64,000 nucleotides of DNA from Selenomonadaceae bacterium. GTDB taxonomy: Bacteria; Bacillota; Clostridia; Oscillospirales; CAG-272. Below, one piece after another: positions 9,912-20,271 of this stretch. Location: the NCBI GenBank assembly GCA_963598415.1, contig CAVBUH010000058.1, positions 16,421-80,420 of the forward strand. The letters are read 5' to 3'. The position numbers and the translations under genes are program-made. Numbering within the stretch: the stretch's first letter is position 1; the number at the start of each line of letters is the position of its first letter. The notes under the pieces are model-generated. The model searched no databases and was not told the origin of the DNA. It saw only the letters and a program-made list of their open reading frames with translations.

Positions 9912-11666
9912 ATGAGAAAAACGAAAATTATCTGTACTCTCGGTCCCGCTTCCGATTCCGAGGAGGTTATAAGAGAGCTTATACTTGCCGGAATGGATGT
10001 TGCCAGAATTAATTTTTCACACGGAGAGTACAGTGAGCACAAGCATAAAGCCGATATAATAAAAAAGCTGCGCGCCGAGCTGAATCGGCATACCGCGCTT
10101 TTGCTTGATACAAAAGGTCCCGAAATCCGTCTTAAAACATTTGAAAAAGGAAAGGTTACGCTTAAAGCCGGAGACAGCTTTTCACTTTATATGGATGATC
10201 GGCAGGGAAATGAAAAGGGCGTTTCCATTACCTATACGGGATTATGGAGAGATGTTTCTTTCGGAAGCAGAATCCTGATTGATGACGGGCTTATAGAGCT
10301 TACTGTGGAAAGTGTTTCAGAAAAGGAAATCAAGTGCTGCGTAAAAAACGGAGGTTCTCTATCGAATCGCAAGGGCATAAATGTTCCCGGTGTTCGCTTA
10401 TCCATTCCTTTTTTGAGTGAAAAGGACAAGAGTGATATAGCTTTTGGGGTAAAAGAGGATTTTGATTTTATTGCCGCCTCCTTTACGCAGTGCGCCGATG
10501 ATATAAGAAAGATACGGGATGAGCTTGATAAAAACGGAAGTCACGGGATACGGATTATCGCTAAGATAGAAAATTCGACCGGAGTCGATAATATCGATGA
10601 GATTCTCAACGAGGCGGACGGTATCATGGTTGCAAGGGGAGATCTTGGCGCGGAGGTGCCTATGGAGAATATTCCCGTTATTCAGAAACAGTTGATTTCA
10701 AAGTGCTATAATGCCGGGAAGCAGGTTATTACCGCAACGCAGATGCTGGAGAGCATGACGCACAATCCGCGTCCTACAAGAGCGGAAATCACGGATGTTG
10801 CAAATGCGATTTACGACGGAACGAGCGCTACCATGCTTTCCGGCGAGACAGCAATGGGAGATTATCCGATTGAAGCGGTAAAGCGAATGGCTACAATTGC
10901 TTTGCGCACGGAAAGCGATATTGACTACAAGAAAAGATTCTTTGATTGCCGTTTCGGCGGTTTCGGAAACGTTACGGATGCCATATCTCATGCGACCTGT
11001 ACTACGGCGCATGATCTCGGTGCAAAGGCTATTATAACGGTAACTACCTCTGGATTCACAGCGCGTCTGCTCAGTCGCTTCCGTCCGCAGACCGATATCA
11101 TTGCTTGCTCTCCCGATCCGAAAGCGTGCAGACATATGAATATGTCGTGGGGGGTAATTCCGCTTCTTATAGATAAAGTGGAGGAAAGCTCCGAAAAGCT
11201 TCTCTCGATTGCTGTCGATAAGGTGTATGAGGCAGGTTATGTGAATTACGGCGATCTTGTGGTGGTTACTGCGGGACTTCCGCTCGGAATACCGGGAACC
11301 ACGAATATGCTCAAGGTTCAAATGGTAGGCGATGTTCTTCTTGCCGGAAAAGGAATTGTAGAGGAATCGGTTTGCGGTCAGCTCTGCGTCTGTGCCAATG
11401 ATGAGGAAGCACTTGAAAAAGGGAAAAACGGTGATGTTATTGTAATTCCATCCGCTTCTGACAGAATAATCAGTGTGCTTCGTCACGCGAGCGCTATCAT
11501 CTGTGAACGGGGCGGAGAGGATTCATATGCTGCGATAGTGGGAAAGACGCTGAATATTCCGGTGATAATTGCCGAAAACGCTACCAAGATATTGAAGTCG
11601 GGAATTACTGTGACTGTGGACGGAAAACGCGGTATGGTATACTGTAATGAACGGAAACCGGATTAA
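9912..11666 (+). CDS. pyk: Pyruvate kinase with C-terminal PEP-utilizer mobile domain
   Basis: MRKTKIICTLGPAS, MVARGDLG and the catalytic core, plus a ~100 aa C-terminal extension as in the Bacillus-type enzyme. Confidence 0.95.
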   Translation: MRKTKIICTLGPASDSEEVIRELILAGMDVARINFSHGEYSEHKHKADIIKKLRAELNRHTALLLDTKGPEIRLKTFEKGKVTLKAGDSFSLYMDDRQGNEKGVSITYTGLWRDVSFGSRILIDDGLIELTVESVSEKEIKCCVKNGGSLSNRKGINVPGVRLSIPFLSEKDKSDIAFGVKEDFDFIAASFTQCADDIRKIRDELDKNGSHGIRIIAKIENSTGVDNIDEILNEADGIMVARGDLGAEVPMENIPVIQKQLISKCYNAGKQVITATQMLESMTHNPRPTRAEITDVANAIYDGTSATMLSGETAMGDYPIEAVKRMATIALRTESDIDYKKRFFDCRFGGFGNVTDAISHATCTTAHDLGAKAIITVTTSGFTARLLSRFRPQTDIIACSPDPKACRHMNMSWGVIPLLIDKVEESSEKLLSIAVDKVYEAGYVNYGDLVVVTAGLPLGIPGTTNMLKVQMVGDVLLAGKGIVEESVCGQLCVCANDEEALEKGKNGDVIVIPSASDRIISVLRHASAIICERGGEDSYAAIVGKTLNIPVIIAENATKILKSGITVTVDGKRGMVYCNERKPD

Positions 11667-12072
11667 TAATAGAAACTGTAACAGAATTACCGGCAACGGC
11701 GGTGAGAACGCCGCTTGCCGGTTTCTTGAAAGTACCGGTTATACTTTGATATGCCGTAATTACCGTTCGGGACATGATGAAATCGACATAATTGCGGAAA
11801 ATGAGCAATATATTATTTTTGTCGAGGTAAAAACACGCACTGAGGTGAAAAATTGTCTGTATGGAAGACCGTCATCGGCTGTGGATGCGAAAAAAAGAAA
11901 ATGCCTTGCCAGAGCGGCAGAAGCTTATATAAAAAATACCCATGCTTCAAAGTTTTACCGTTTTGACGTAATTGAGGTGCTTGTTTCCTCTGATTCCGTT
12001 ACCGGCAGGGGAAGCTACAAAATAAATCATATGAAGGGCGTGTTCGGTGCCTCCGGAAAAATATGGATATAA
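11647..12072 (+). CDS. YraN family (UPF0102) endonuclease
   Basis: GENAACRFLESTGYTLICRNYR...DIIAENEQYIIFVEVKTR is the typical YraN core. Overlaps the pyk 3' end by 20 nt. Confidence 0.8.
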   Translation: MNGNRINNRNCNRITGNGGENAACRFLESTGYTLICRNYRSGHDEIDIIAENEQYIIFVEVKTRTEVKNCLYGRPSSAVDAKKRKCLARAAEAYIKNTHASKFYRFDVIEVLVSSDSVTGRGSYKINHMKGVFGASGKIWI

Positions 12073-12085
12073 ATGAGGAAATACA

Positions 12086-12958
12086 ATGAAGCTTTTTGAT
12101 TTGCATTGCGACACACTTACCGAGATCTATCGCCGGAACGAAAATATGCTTGAAAATTCATGTCATGTTTCCTTTCAGAATGCCTTTCGTACCTTTGACA
12201 GCTATAAGCAAATTATGGCTGTCTGGAGCGAAGATTCGCTTGATGGGGAGGAAAATTACCGGCGTTTTGACAAAATTGTTGACTATGCCGCACCTTTTTT
12301 GAGATATAACGGATTTGAATATATTCTCGCTGTTGAAGGCGCGAAGCTGTTATGTGGCGATATAAAAAGGCTTGAATATCTGTATGCTCGCGGGGTAAGG
12401 GTACTGACGCTTGTGTGGCAAGGCAATTGCTGTGTCGGCGGTGCCTATGATACGCATGACGGTCTTACCTCTTTCGGCAGAGAGGTAGTAGAAAGATGTT
12501 ATGATCTCGGAATCCTTCCCGATGTTTCTCATGCTTCCGACGAGTTATTTTACGATACGGCCGAAATAGCCGCTAAACGAAGAGGAACGATTATAGCAAG
12601 TCATTCCTGTTCGAGAACCGTTTTCGATCATCCGAGAAATTTGACCGATGATATGGCGAAGGTCATATCGGAGCTTGGCGGACTAATCGGAGTAAATATG
12701 GTGGTACAGCATCTCGGTTCTTCCGATATTTCTGCGGTTTGCGGGCATATTTCTCATCTTGCGGAACTTGCAGGAGAAGATAAAATCTGTCTCGGATGCG
12801 ATTTTGACGGTACCGATTTGCTGCCCGATGGAATTGAAAACATCAGCGACTTATCCCTGTTATACACGGCTTTGAGTGAAAGTCAATATGCACCGGGCTT
12901 TGCGGAAAAAATTTTTTATTCAAACGCACAAAATTTTTCAAAAAATCATCTTTTATAA
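12086..12958 (+). CDS. Dipeptidase (peptidase family M19-like)
   Basis: N-terminal FDLHCDTL and VSHASD, ASHS, GCDFDG metal-ligand-like motifs. Confidence 0.75.
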   Translation: MKLFDLHCDTLTEIYRRNENMLENSCHVSFQNAFRTFDSYKQIMAVWSEDSLDGEENYRRFDKIVDYAAPFLRYNGFEYILAVEGAKLLCGDIKRLEYLYARGVRVLTLVWQGNCCVGGAYDTHDGLTSFGREVVERCYDLGILPDVSHASDELFYDTAEIAAKRRGTIIASHSCSRTVFDHPRNLTDDMAKVISELGGLIGVNMVVQHLGSSDISAVCGHISHLAELAGEDKICLGCDFDGTDLLPDGIENISDLSLLYTALSESQYAPGFAEKIFYSNAQNFSKNHLL

Positions 12959-13153
12959 TGACTTTTTCCGAAAAATCATTATAATATAATATTGTTATAT
13001 CTTTTTTATAAAAAAGATTCATGTATAAATCTTAAGTACATTAGTTAAGTGTTGAAGCCCTATACTGCGGCGGATTGCGCGGTCGGTTTCACTGTTTTCT
13101 ACCAATGTCGAGGAAAGGAAAGTCTTTTGTATATAAAGACACGGTAATCTTTA

Positions 13154-14635
13154 ATGAAATATGTAAGCACGAGGGGCAAGAGCAGTCCCTGTACTTCCGC
13201 GGAAGCAATCAAAAAAGGGCTTGCGGAGGATGGCGGTCTCTACTTTCCCGATGAAATTCCGATTCTCTCTTCAGATGATTTGATTTCGCTTTGCAAGGCT
13301 GATTACCCGCAAAGGGCTGCTGAGATTATGTATAGGTTTCTCTCTGATCAATACACATACGAGGAGCTTCTTTCGGATTGCAGAGAGGCATACTGTGAGA
13401 AGAGCTTTCCGGGCGGCGCGGCTCCTTTAACCAAGCTTGGTGATCGTATACGAGTTCTTGAACTGTGGCACGGTCCTACCGCCGCTTTCAAGGATATGGC
13501 GCTTCAGATTATGCCGCGTCTCTTCGTCAGGGCTATCAAGAAAACAGGAGACTCAAGGCTGGCGCATATTCTTGTAGCAACTTCGGGCGATACGGGTAAG
13601 GCAGCGCTGGAAGGATACCGCGATGTTGACGGAGTAAAAATTTCTGTTTTTTATCCCGTAAACGGCGTAAGCCGCGTTCAAAAGCTTCAGATGGCTACCC
13701 AAGAAGGGAATAATGTTAAAGTTTATTCGGTTGTCGGTAATTTTGACGATGCCCAGAATGGCGTTAAGAGAATCTTCGGTGACACCGTTATTAACGAAAC
13801 ACTTGATAAAAAAGGAATATTTCTTTCAAGTGCAAATTCGATCAATTGGGGACGGCTCGTTCCGCAGGTGGTTTATTATATATCCGCCTATTGCGATATG
13901 GTCAACAGCGGCGATATCAGATTGTTTGATGAAATCAATGTTTGTGTTCCGACCGGGAATTTTGGGAATATTCTCGCGGCATATATTGCGAAGAGTATGG
14001 GACTTCCTATTCACAGCTTTATTTGCGCTTCAAACAGCAATCATGTTCTGACTGATTTCTTTGAGACAGGGACATATAACAGAAAACGTCCTTTCCACAT
14101 CACATCTTCGCCATCTATGGATATACTCATTTCAAGCAACCTGGAAAGATTGCTGTATCTTGTATGCGGAAGCGGAGAGACCGCCGAATATATGACGGCG
14201 CTTGCCGAGAATGGAAGTTATACGGTTTCTTCTGCTGTAAAACGCGAGCTTGATCATTCCTTCAGCGGCGGATGCTGCAGTGAGGAATCTACTGCGGCTG
14301 AAATCAAGCATATATACCGGGACTACGGCTATCTGTGCGATACACACACGGCGGTCGGTCTTTACTGTGCTGAGGAATATCTCTCCAAGGTTGATGATAA
14401 ACGCAAAATACTTGCAGCTTCCACGGCTTCTCCCTATAAGTTTGCTCCGAGCGTGCTTGAGACTCTTACAGAAGAAAAAACGAAAAACGAATTGGAAGCG
14501 CTTGACAGACTTGAGTCTTTGACCGGTGTGCAGATTCCGCTTCCTCTTGCCGGAATTGCAAAAAGAAAAATCCGCTTTGATCCGGATAAGGCAATCAAAG
14601 CGGAGGATATGCCCGGGGTAGTGCTTGACGACTGA
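13154..14635 (+). CDS. thrC: Threonine synthase (long form)
   Basis: MKYVSTRG, PTAAFKDMALQ (PLP lysine) and TSGDTGKAA motifs. Confidence 0.92.
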   Translation: MKYVSTRGKSSPCTSAEAIKKGLAEDGGLYFPDEIPILSSDDLISLCKADYPQRAAEIMYRFLSDQYTYEELLSDCREAYCEKSFPGGAAPLTKLGDRIRVLELWHGPTAAFKDMALQIMPRLFVRAIKKTGDSRLAHILVATSGDTGKAALEGYRDVDGVKISVFYPVNGVSRVQKLQMATQEGNNVKVYSVVGNFDDAQNGVKRIFGDTVINETLDKKGIFLSSANSINWGRLVPQVVYYISAYCDMVNSGDIRLFDEINVCVPTGNFGNILAAYIAKSMGLPIHSFICASNSNHVLTDFFETGTYNRKRPFHITSSPSMDILISSNLERLLYLVCGSGETAEYMTALAENGSYTVSSAVKRELDHSFSGGCCSEESTAAEIKHIYRDYGYLCDTHTAVGLYCAEEYLSKVDDKRKILAASTASPYKFAPSVLETLTEEKTKNELEALDRLESLTGVQIPLPLAGIAKRKIRFDPDKAIKAEDMPGVVLDD

Positions 14636-14660
14636 TTTGTCGCTTCCCCTTCGCGTTTCC

Positions 14661-14867
14661 TCAAAGCGTTTTAGGCTTGAAGGAAGCGCATACCGTATCT
14701 GCGCAGGATGTGGCAAAGCTCGGTCCGACGGCGATCTTATCGGCAGTGCAATAATTATCTCCGTCATGGTGGACGCAGTTTTTGACGTCGCAAACAATTC
14801 CCTTTATGTGATGCGGCGCCTTTGGACGGTTTTCTCTGACATCTTCATAATTATCAAATAATCCCAT
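14661..14867 (-). CDS. DUF1540 domain protein
   Basis: IVCDVKNCVHHDGDNYCTADKIAVGP...CADTVCASF, the Cys-rich repeat characteristic of DUF1540. Confidence 0.8.
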   Translation of the reverse strand: MGLFDNYEDVRENRPKAPHHIKGIVCDVKNCVHHDGDNYCTADKIAVGPSFATSCADTVCASFKPKTL

Positions 14868-15014
14868 ACTTTCCCCCGTTTCTCCGGCACTGTATCATTC
14901 GGACGTTGCCGCCGGTGCCGGAAGCGGCGTTTCTGTCCGATATAATTATTTGCGTATCTGCGGCTTTTTATTCGGTATGAGGATATTTTTTCTGTGAAAG
15001 GAGCAGCTTTCCTA

Positions 15015-15725
15015 ATGGCGCTTTATTGCATCGCGGATACCCATCTTTCTCTCTCCGTTCCTAAGCCGATGGATGTGTTCGGAAGCCGTTGGCGGAGTTA
15101 TACTGAGAAGCTTGTTAAAGGCTGGAACTCGGTTGTTTCCGAAAATGATACGGTTGTGATTCCCGGCGATATTTCATGGGGAATGACGCTTAACGAGGCG
15201 GCTGAGGATTTGAAGCTCTTGGACAGCCTGAACGGAACAAAGATCATTTCTAAAGGAAATCACGATTTCTGGTGGCAGTCGCGGCAGAAGATTGAAAATT
15301 TATTTGTATCAAGCGGAATCAATACAATAAAGCTTCTTCACAATAATTCATATTTATGCGAGGATAAAATAATATGTGGCTCGCGCGGATGGTTTTGTGA
15401 TCCTAAAGCTTCGCCTGAGAATACCGATTCGGTCAAAATATCGGCAAGAGAAGTGATTCGTACCGAGATGAGTATAAGAGCGGCACTTGAGCTTAGAGGC
15501 GGCAGGGATTTAGAACTTATTGCTTTTTTTCATTTTCCACCGGTATATAAAAATTTCATCTGCCGCGGAATAATTGAGCTTCTTCACAGATACGGCATAA
15601 GGCGCTGCTATTATGGTCATGTACACGGAAATTATGATATGCCCCAGACAATTTGCTTTGAGAATATTAATATGACGCTGATATCTGCCGATTATTTAAA
15701 ATTTATACCTTATCGTATTGTGTAA
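15015..15725 (+). CDS. Metallophosphoesterase
   Basis: ADTHL, GDISWG and GNHDFWW motifs. Start moved to ATG 15015 behind AAAGGAG. Confidence 0.8.
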   Translation: MALYCIADTHLSLSVPKPMDVFGSRWRSYTEKLVKGWNSVVSENDTVVIPGDISWGMTLNEAAEDLKLLDSLNGTKIISKGNHDFWWQSRQKIENLFVSSGINTIKLLHNNSYLCEDKIICGSRGWFCDPKASPENTDSVKISAREVIRTEMSIRAALELRGGRDLELIAFFHFPPVYKNFICRGIIELLHRYGIRRCYYGHVHGNYDMPQTICFENINMTLISADYLKFIPYRIV

Positions 15726-15751
15726 AAAATGTTAATATTTTGTTTTTTCCC

Positions 15752-15779
15752 TTGACAATGTCTCAGAATTTGGTACAAT
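15752..15779 (+). promoter_or_regulatory. Sigma-A type promoter candidate for tig
   Basis: TTGACA (15752-15757), 16 nt spacer, TACAAT (15774-15779) with an upstream TGG. Confidence 0.5.
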
Positions 15780-15834
15780 TATATATTGATTTGTTTTGAT
15801 AAAATAAAGATAATACATTCGGAGGAGATACAGA

Positions 15835-17139
15835 ATGAGTTTAAAGAGCATGAATAAGCCGACCGGAAATCAGGTGGAGCTTGAAATTTCCATTGATAAG
15901 GAAAGCTTTGAAAAAGCGGTTTCCGCCGCTTACAGAAAAAATGTCGGAAAAATGAATATTCCCGGCTTCCGTAAAGGCAAGGCTCCCAGATCAATTATTG
16001 AAAAGATGTATGGCAAGGGTGTTTTTTATGATGATGCGTTGAACGCTCTTATTCCCGATGCTTTTGAATCGGCGCTTGCGGAGTCAGGCGAAAAACCGGT
16101 TGGACAGCCGGAGTTTGAGGTTGTTTCTATCGAGGATGAGGTTGTTGTAAAGGCTTCTTTCCCCGTAAAACCCGATGTCGCACTCAGGCAGTATAAGGGC
16201 TTTGAAATAGACCGTACCGTTTCCCCTGTTACCGATGATGAGGTTGATTCCGAAATTGCGCAGGTTCGTTCTCGCAACTCCCGTACAGTAGATATTACCG
16301 ACCGCGCGGCTGCAGAGGGCGATATTGCTGTAATTGATTATGAAGGATCGATCGACGGCGTTCCTTTTGACGGCGGAAAAGGCGAAAAATATAATCTTAC
16401 ACTTGGCTCCGGACAGTTTATTCCTGGCTTTGAAGGTCAGATTGTCGGTCATAACGCTGGAGATGCTTTTGACGTATGTGTAACTTTCCCGGAGGATTAT
16501 CATGCCAAGGAGCTTGCCGGCAAGGAAGCTGTTTTCAAGACGGTTCTTCATGAGATAAAATTCAACGAGCTTCCTGAGCTTGATGACGATTTTGCAAAAG
16601 ATGTATCCGAATTTGATACTTTTGATGAATACAAAGCAGATGTCAAGGCAAAAATTACAGAGAGACATAATAAAACAGCCGATTCCGAGGTGGAAGAAAA
16701 GCTTATTGACGCACTTATAGAGAATCTTGAAGCCGATATCCCGGAAGCAATGTTTGTTTCTGAGACCGAGAATCAGCTTCGTGATTATGATAACCGTCTC
16801 AGAATGCAAGGGCTTGATCTCGGTACTTATTTGAAATATACGGGACTTGACCTTGACAAGATGAGAGAACAATTCAGACCGCGTGCCGAGCGCCAGGTTA
16901 AAACAAGGCTTGCTCTTGAAAAAATTGCTCAGCTTGAGAATATTGAAGTTACCGAAGAGGATACCGAAGCTGAAATCAAAAAGATTGCCGAAATGTATAA
17001 TATGGAGGCTGAGAAGGTCAGGGAGCAGATATCTCCTGACATGCTTGCCGAAGATATTAAGGTCGGTAAAGCGGTTGAACTTGTAAAAGCCAACGCCGTG
17101 ATCACCGATAAAGCTTCGGAAACGGAAAAGACCGAATAA
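15835..17139 (+). CDS. tig: Trigger factor
   Basis: NIPGFRKGKAPRSIIEKMYG signature, central FKBP-type PPIase domain, and the tig-clpP-clpX context. Confidence 0.95.
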   Translation: MSLKSMNKPTGNQVELEISIDKESFEKAVSAAYRKNVGKMNIPGFRKGKAPRSIIEKMYGKGVFYDDALNALIPDAFESALAESGEKPVGQPEFEVVSIEDEVVVKASFPVKPDVALRQYKGFEIDRTVSPVTDDEVDSEIAQVRSRNSRTVDITDRAAAEGDIAVIDYEGSIDGVPFDGGKGEKYNLTLGSGQFIPGFEGQIVGHNAGDAFDVCVTFPEDYHAKELAGKEAVFKTVLHEIKFNELPELDDDFAKDVSEFDTFDEYKADVKAKITERHNKTADSEVEEKLIDALIENLEADIPEAMFVSETENQLRDYDNRLRMQGLDLGTYLKYTGLDLDKMREQFRPRAERQVKTRLALEKIAQLENIEVTEEDTEAEIKKIAEMYNMEAEKVREQISPDMLAEDIKVGKAVELVKANAVITDKASETEKTE

Positions 17140-17155
17140 TCCGGAGGAAACGTTA

Positions 17156-17815
17156 ATGGAGCTTCAAGGAAAAAAGATTAATTTTCTCGGTGATAGTATT
17201 ACCGAAGGCGTAGGAGCTTCCTGTGCGGAAAATGTTTATCATCAGGTTATGAAGCGTAAATATGGTCTTGCGGAGGCGAGAAACTATGGAATAGGAGGGA
17301 CTCGCTACGCACGCCAGATAACTCCTTCCAATGAAGTGTGGGATCATGATTTCTGCGAGAGACTTCATAATATGGACGATGATGCCGATGTTGTGATTGT
17401 ATTTGGGGGGACAAATGATTTCGGTCATGGAGATGCTCCTATCGGCACCTTTGAGGACAGAGAACCAAATACTTTTTACGGTGCATGTCATTATGTTTAT
17501 TCTCATCTTATAGAAAAATATCCGGCTGCGGTTATTGTTGTAATGACACCTCTTCACCGCACGAATGAGATGTTTACGGATGGTGACGGTCATCAAAAGG
17601 CATATCATTACGGGAATCTGAAAAGATATGTGGATATCATTCGTGAGGTTGCTGAATATTACAGTCTGCCGGTAGTGGATCTTTTTGCTTCCTCCGGCAT
17701 ACAGCCGAATATTCCGGTAATTCGCGAAGCCTATACCGTTGACGGGCTTCATCCGAATGACAGAGGGTATGCTTTGATAGCTGAGCGTTTAGGCAATTTT
17801 TTGCTTCATTATTGA
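17156..17815 (+). CDS. SGNH/GDSL hydrolase family protein
   Basis: Block I INFLGDSITEG, block III GTND, block V DGLHPN. Confidence 0.85.
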   Translation: MELQGKKINFLGDSITEGVGASCAENVYHQVMKRKYGLAEARNYGIGGTRYARQITPSNEVWDHDFCERLHNMDDDADVVIVFGGTNDFGHGDAPIGTFEDREPNTFYGACHYVYSHLIEKYPAAVIVVMTPLHRTNEMFTDGDGHQKAYHYGNLKRYVDIIREVAEYYSLPVVDLFASSGIQPNIPVIREAYTVDGLHPNDRGYALIAERLGNFLLHY

Positions 17816-18031
17816 GTTAGTATCCAATTGTAAAACTGTGTTTTACAATTGATAATCGTGCGGCGTGGAAAGGTGCGCTTATCTCTGGCGGCAAAAATCA
17901 AGGATTTTTGCCACACCCTTCGGCGCGCGTACTCACTTTGTTCATCTTAAAGGTGTTTTTTCGTCGGCAAAGCCGTTGAAAAAAACGGATTTTATTACAA
18001 TCATTGGCTTTAACAATCGGCTATAACCGGA

Positions 18032-18087
18032 TTGGAGCAACGCCGCATAATTCGCGGCATTCGTCTTGTCGGGGCGGTGTTGCTTTA
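18032..18087. repeat. Possible termini-only relic of the family 1 repeat
   Basis: TTGGAGCAACGCCGC ... GCGGTGTTGCTTTA forms an inverted pair resembling the family 1 termini, with only ~30 nt between them. Weak. Confidence 0.3.
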
Positions 18088-18198
18088 CCATCGCACAGTA
18101 GCGCGGAGGCTTTCTTTTTACGTTCTCCGCGCACTTTTATACCGGTATAACCGGTTTCGCTGCCCGGATCGGATTGTCCGGGAGAAAGGATATATTTT

Positions 18199-18783
18199 AT
18201 GGCACTTGTACCAACCGTCATTGAACAGACAAACCGGGGAGAACGCGCTTATGACATCTATTCGCGTCTTCTTAACGATCGTATTGTTTTTCTTGCCGAT
18301 GAGGTAAATGATGTTACTGCATCGCTTGTAGTGGCGCAGCTTCTTTTCCTTGAGGCGCAGGATCCTGACAAGGATATCTGTCTTTACATCAATAGTCCTG
18401 GCGGATCGGTTACCGCCGGTCTTGCCATATATGATACAATGAATTATATAAAGTGCGACGTATCAACAATTTGTATTGGTATGGCTGCCAGCATGGGAGC
18501 TTTTCTGCTCTCTTCCGGTACCAAAGGAAAGCGTCTTGCGCTTCCGAACAGCGAGATTATGATTCATCAGCCTCTCGGCGGAATGCAGGGGCAAGCCTCT
18601 GATATAAAGATTCATGCAGATCATATTATCAGAACTCGCGACACACTTAACCGTATTCTTGCGCAAAATACCGGGAAGCCGCTCGATATAATAGAACGTG
18701 ATACCGACAGAGATAACTTTCTTTCTGCAGCAGCAGCAGCAGAGTACGGTCTTATCGATAAGGTTATTGATAGACGAGCATAA
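18199..18783 (+). CDS. clpP: ATP-dependent Clp protease proteolytic subunit
   Basis: [11 protein letters not shown], the catalytic GMAASMG serine and the HQPLGG histidine motif. Confidence 0.97.
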   Translation: MALVPTVIEQTNRGERAYDIYSRLLNDRIVFLADEVNDVTASLVVAQLLFLEAQDPDKDICLYINSPGGSVTAGLAIYDTMNYIKCDVSTICIGMAASMGAFLLSSGTKGKRLALPNSEIMIHQPLGGMQGQASDIKIHADHIIRTRDTLNRILAQNTGKPLDIIERDTDRDNFLSAAAAAEYGLIDKVIDRRA

Positions 18784-18819
18784 ACAGTTTGATAATATTC
18801 ATTCCTGAAAGGACTGCAT

Positions 18820-20091
18820 ATGGCAGGAAACAACAACAATAATAACGGTAACGAGCAGGTTTACTGTGATTTTTGCGGACGGCTTGAGAATCAGGTTCAA
18901 TACCTTATTCCGTCGCCTACCGGTTTATTTATTTGTGATAAATGTCTTGAAGGCTGTAATCAGCTTGTTGCCGAACATTTTAAAAAAGTATCATACAGGG
19001 AGAAAGCGGGAAACGGCTTATCGCTCGACACTTTACCCAAGCCCTCTGAGCTGAAAGCGGTGCTTGACGAATATGTTATAGGTCAGGACGGAGCAAAGAA
19101 AACGCTTTCCGTTGCGGTTTATAATCATTATAAGCGGATTTTGCAAGAAAAAAAAGATGCAGACGACGTGGAAATTCAGAAAAGCAACGTGCTTTTGATA
19201 GGCCCGACGGGTGTGGGAAAAACCTTTCTTGCGCAGACGCTTGCAAAAACGCTTAAGGTTCCTTTCGCAATAGCTGACGCGACCACGCTTACCGAGGCCG
19301 GGTATGTCGGAGAAGACGTTGAGAATATACTTCTGCGGCTTATACAGGCGGCTGACTATGATGTCGAACTGGCAGAAAAAGGCATTATTTATATTGACGA
19401 AATCGATAAAATTTCAAGAAAGAGCGAAAATCGATCTATAACAAGGGACGTTTCGGGGGAAGGTGTTCAGCAGGCGCTTTTAAAAATTCTCGAAGGAACG
19501 GTTTCCAATGTACCGCCTCAAGGGGGAAGAAAACATCCGAATCAGGAGTTTATACAGATCAACACGGAGAATATCCTGTTTATCTGCGGAGGTGCGTTTG
19601 ACGGACTTGAAAATGTTATAGAGCAAAGAACGGGAAAATCCTCGCTCGGATTCGGAAGTCAAATTCTGAAAAAAGCTGAGAAAGACAATGTTGATATTTA
19701 TAAGGATGTAACGCCGCATGATATTGTTAAATTCGGTCTCATTCCGGAGCTTGTTGGCAGACTTCCTGTTATTGTCGGACTTCAGAAGCTTGACAGAGAA
19801 GCGCTTGTCAGAATATTGAAAGAGCCGAAAAACGCTGTTATAAAGCAATATATGAAGCTCTTTGAAATGGATGGCGTAAAGCTTCGTTTTACTGACGGTG
19901 CACTTGAAAAAATAGCGGACCGAGCAATAGAGCTTAACACGGGTGCCAGAGGATTGCGCTCAATAGTCGAAGGAATATTGCTTGATATTATGTATGATGT
20001 ACCCTCAAAGAATGACGTACAGCAAGTAACAATTACCAAAAATACCGTAACAAACGGCGAAAAGCCTAAACTGATTTACCGAGAAGACTGA
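18820..20091 (+). CDS. clpX: ATP-dependent Clp protease ATP-binding subunit ClpX
   Basis: N-terminal zinc finger CDFCGR...CDKC, Walker A GPTGVGKT, Walker [10 protein letters not shown]. Confidence 0.97.
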   Translation: MAGNNNNNNGNEQVYCDFCGRLENQVQYLIPSPTGLFICDKCLEGCNQLVAEHFKKVSYREKAGNGLSLDTLPKPSELKAVLDEYVIGQDGAKKTLSVAVYNHYKRILQEKKDADDVEIQKSNVLLIGPTGVGKTFLAQTLAKTLKVPFAIADATTLTEAGYVGEDVENILLRLIQAADYDVELAEKGIIYIDEIDKISRKSENRSITRDVSGEGVQQALLKILEGTVSNVPPQGGRKHPNQEFIQINTENILFICGGAFDGLENVIEQRTGKSSLGFGSQILKKAEKDNVDIYKDVTPHDIVKFGLIPELVGRLPVIVGLQKLDREALVRILKEPKNAVIKQYMKLFEMDGVKLRFTDGALEKIADRAIELNTGARGLRSIVEGILLDIMYDVPSKNDVQQVTITKNTVTNGEKPKLIYRED

Positions 20092-20137
20092 TTATCGGTT
20101 ACGGAAGCAGACAAAGAGCAGCTATATTTTATAAAAT

Positions 20138-20170
20138 GCGGGAGAGCTTAGTTCTTTCCTGCATTTTTTT
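20138..20170 (+). terminator. Intrinsic terminator after clpX
   Basis: GCGGGAGAG / CTTTCCTGC stem (two G:U pairs) followed by ATTTTTTT. Confidence 0.6.
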
Positions 20171-20271
20171 ACATTAAATCAAAAAAAGTTATGTACAAAT
20201 CGGATTTCGTATGTTATAATTAATCTTGGATTATTGTCGAATAAAATGCTATTTTCTGAAAGGTTATTTTG

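Noticed and set aside
10698-11486. Long antisense ORFs opposite well-supported genes: 10698-11486 (pyk), 16084-16872 (tig), 33892-34791 and 34858-35574 (GH2), 5651-6328 (ispE), 14132-14797 (thrC), 60526-61182 (adh), 1165-1776.
   Set aside because: Each lies entirely within a gene that has clear family motifs on the other strand. They have odd composition (rich in R, S, F, I, K) and no recognisable domains. They are shadow ORFs.
12959-13153. A T-box or other riboswitch leader upstream of thrC, and likewise a purine riboswitch upstream of purB (29700-30055).
   Set aside because: I found no T-box consensus (GGTGGNACCGCG-like) or specifier-loop arrangement upstream of thrC, and no purine-riboswitch core upstream of purB. 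Without a covariance-model scan I cannot support either call.
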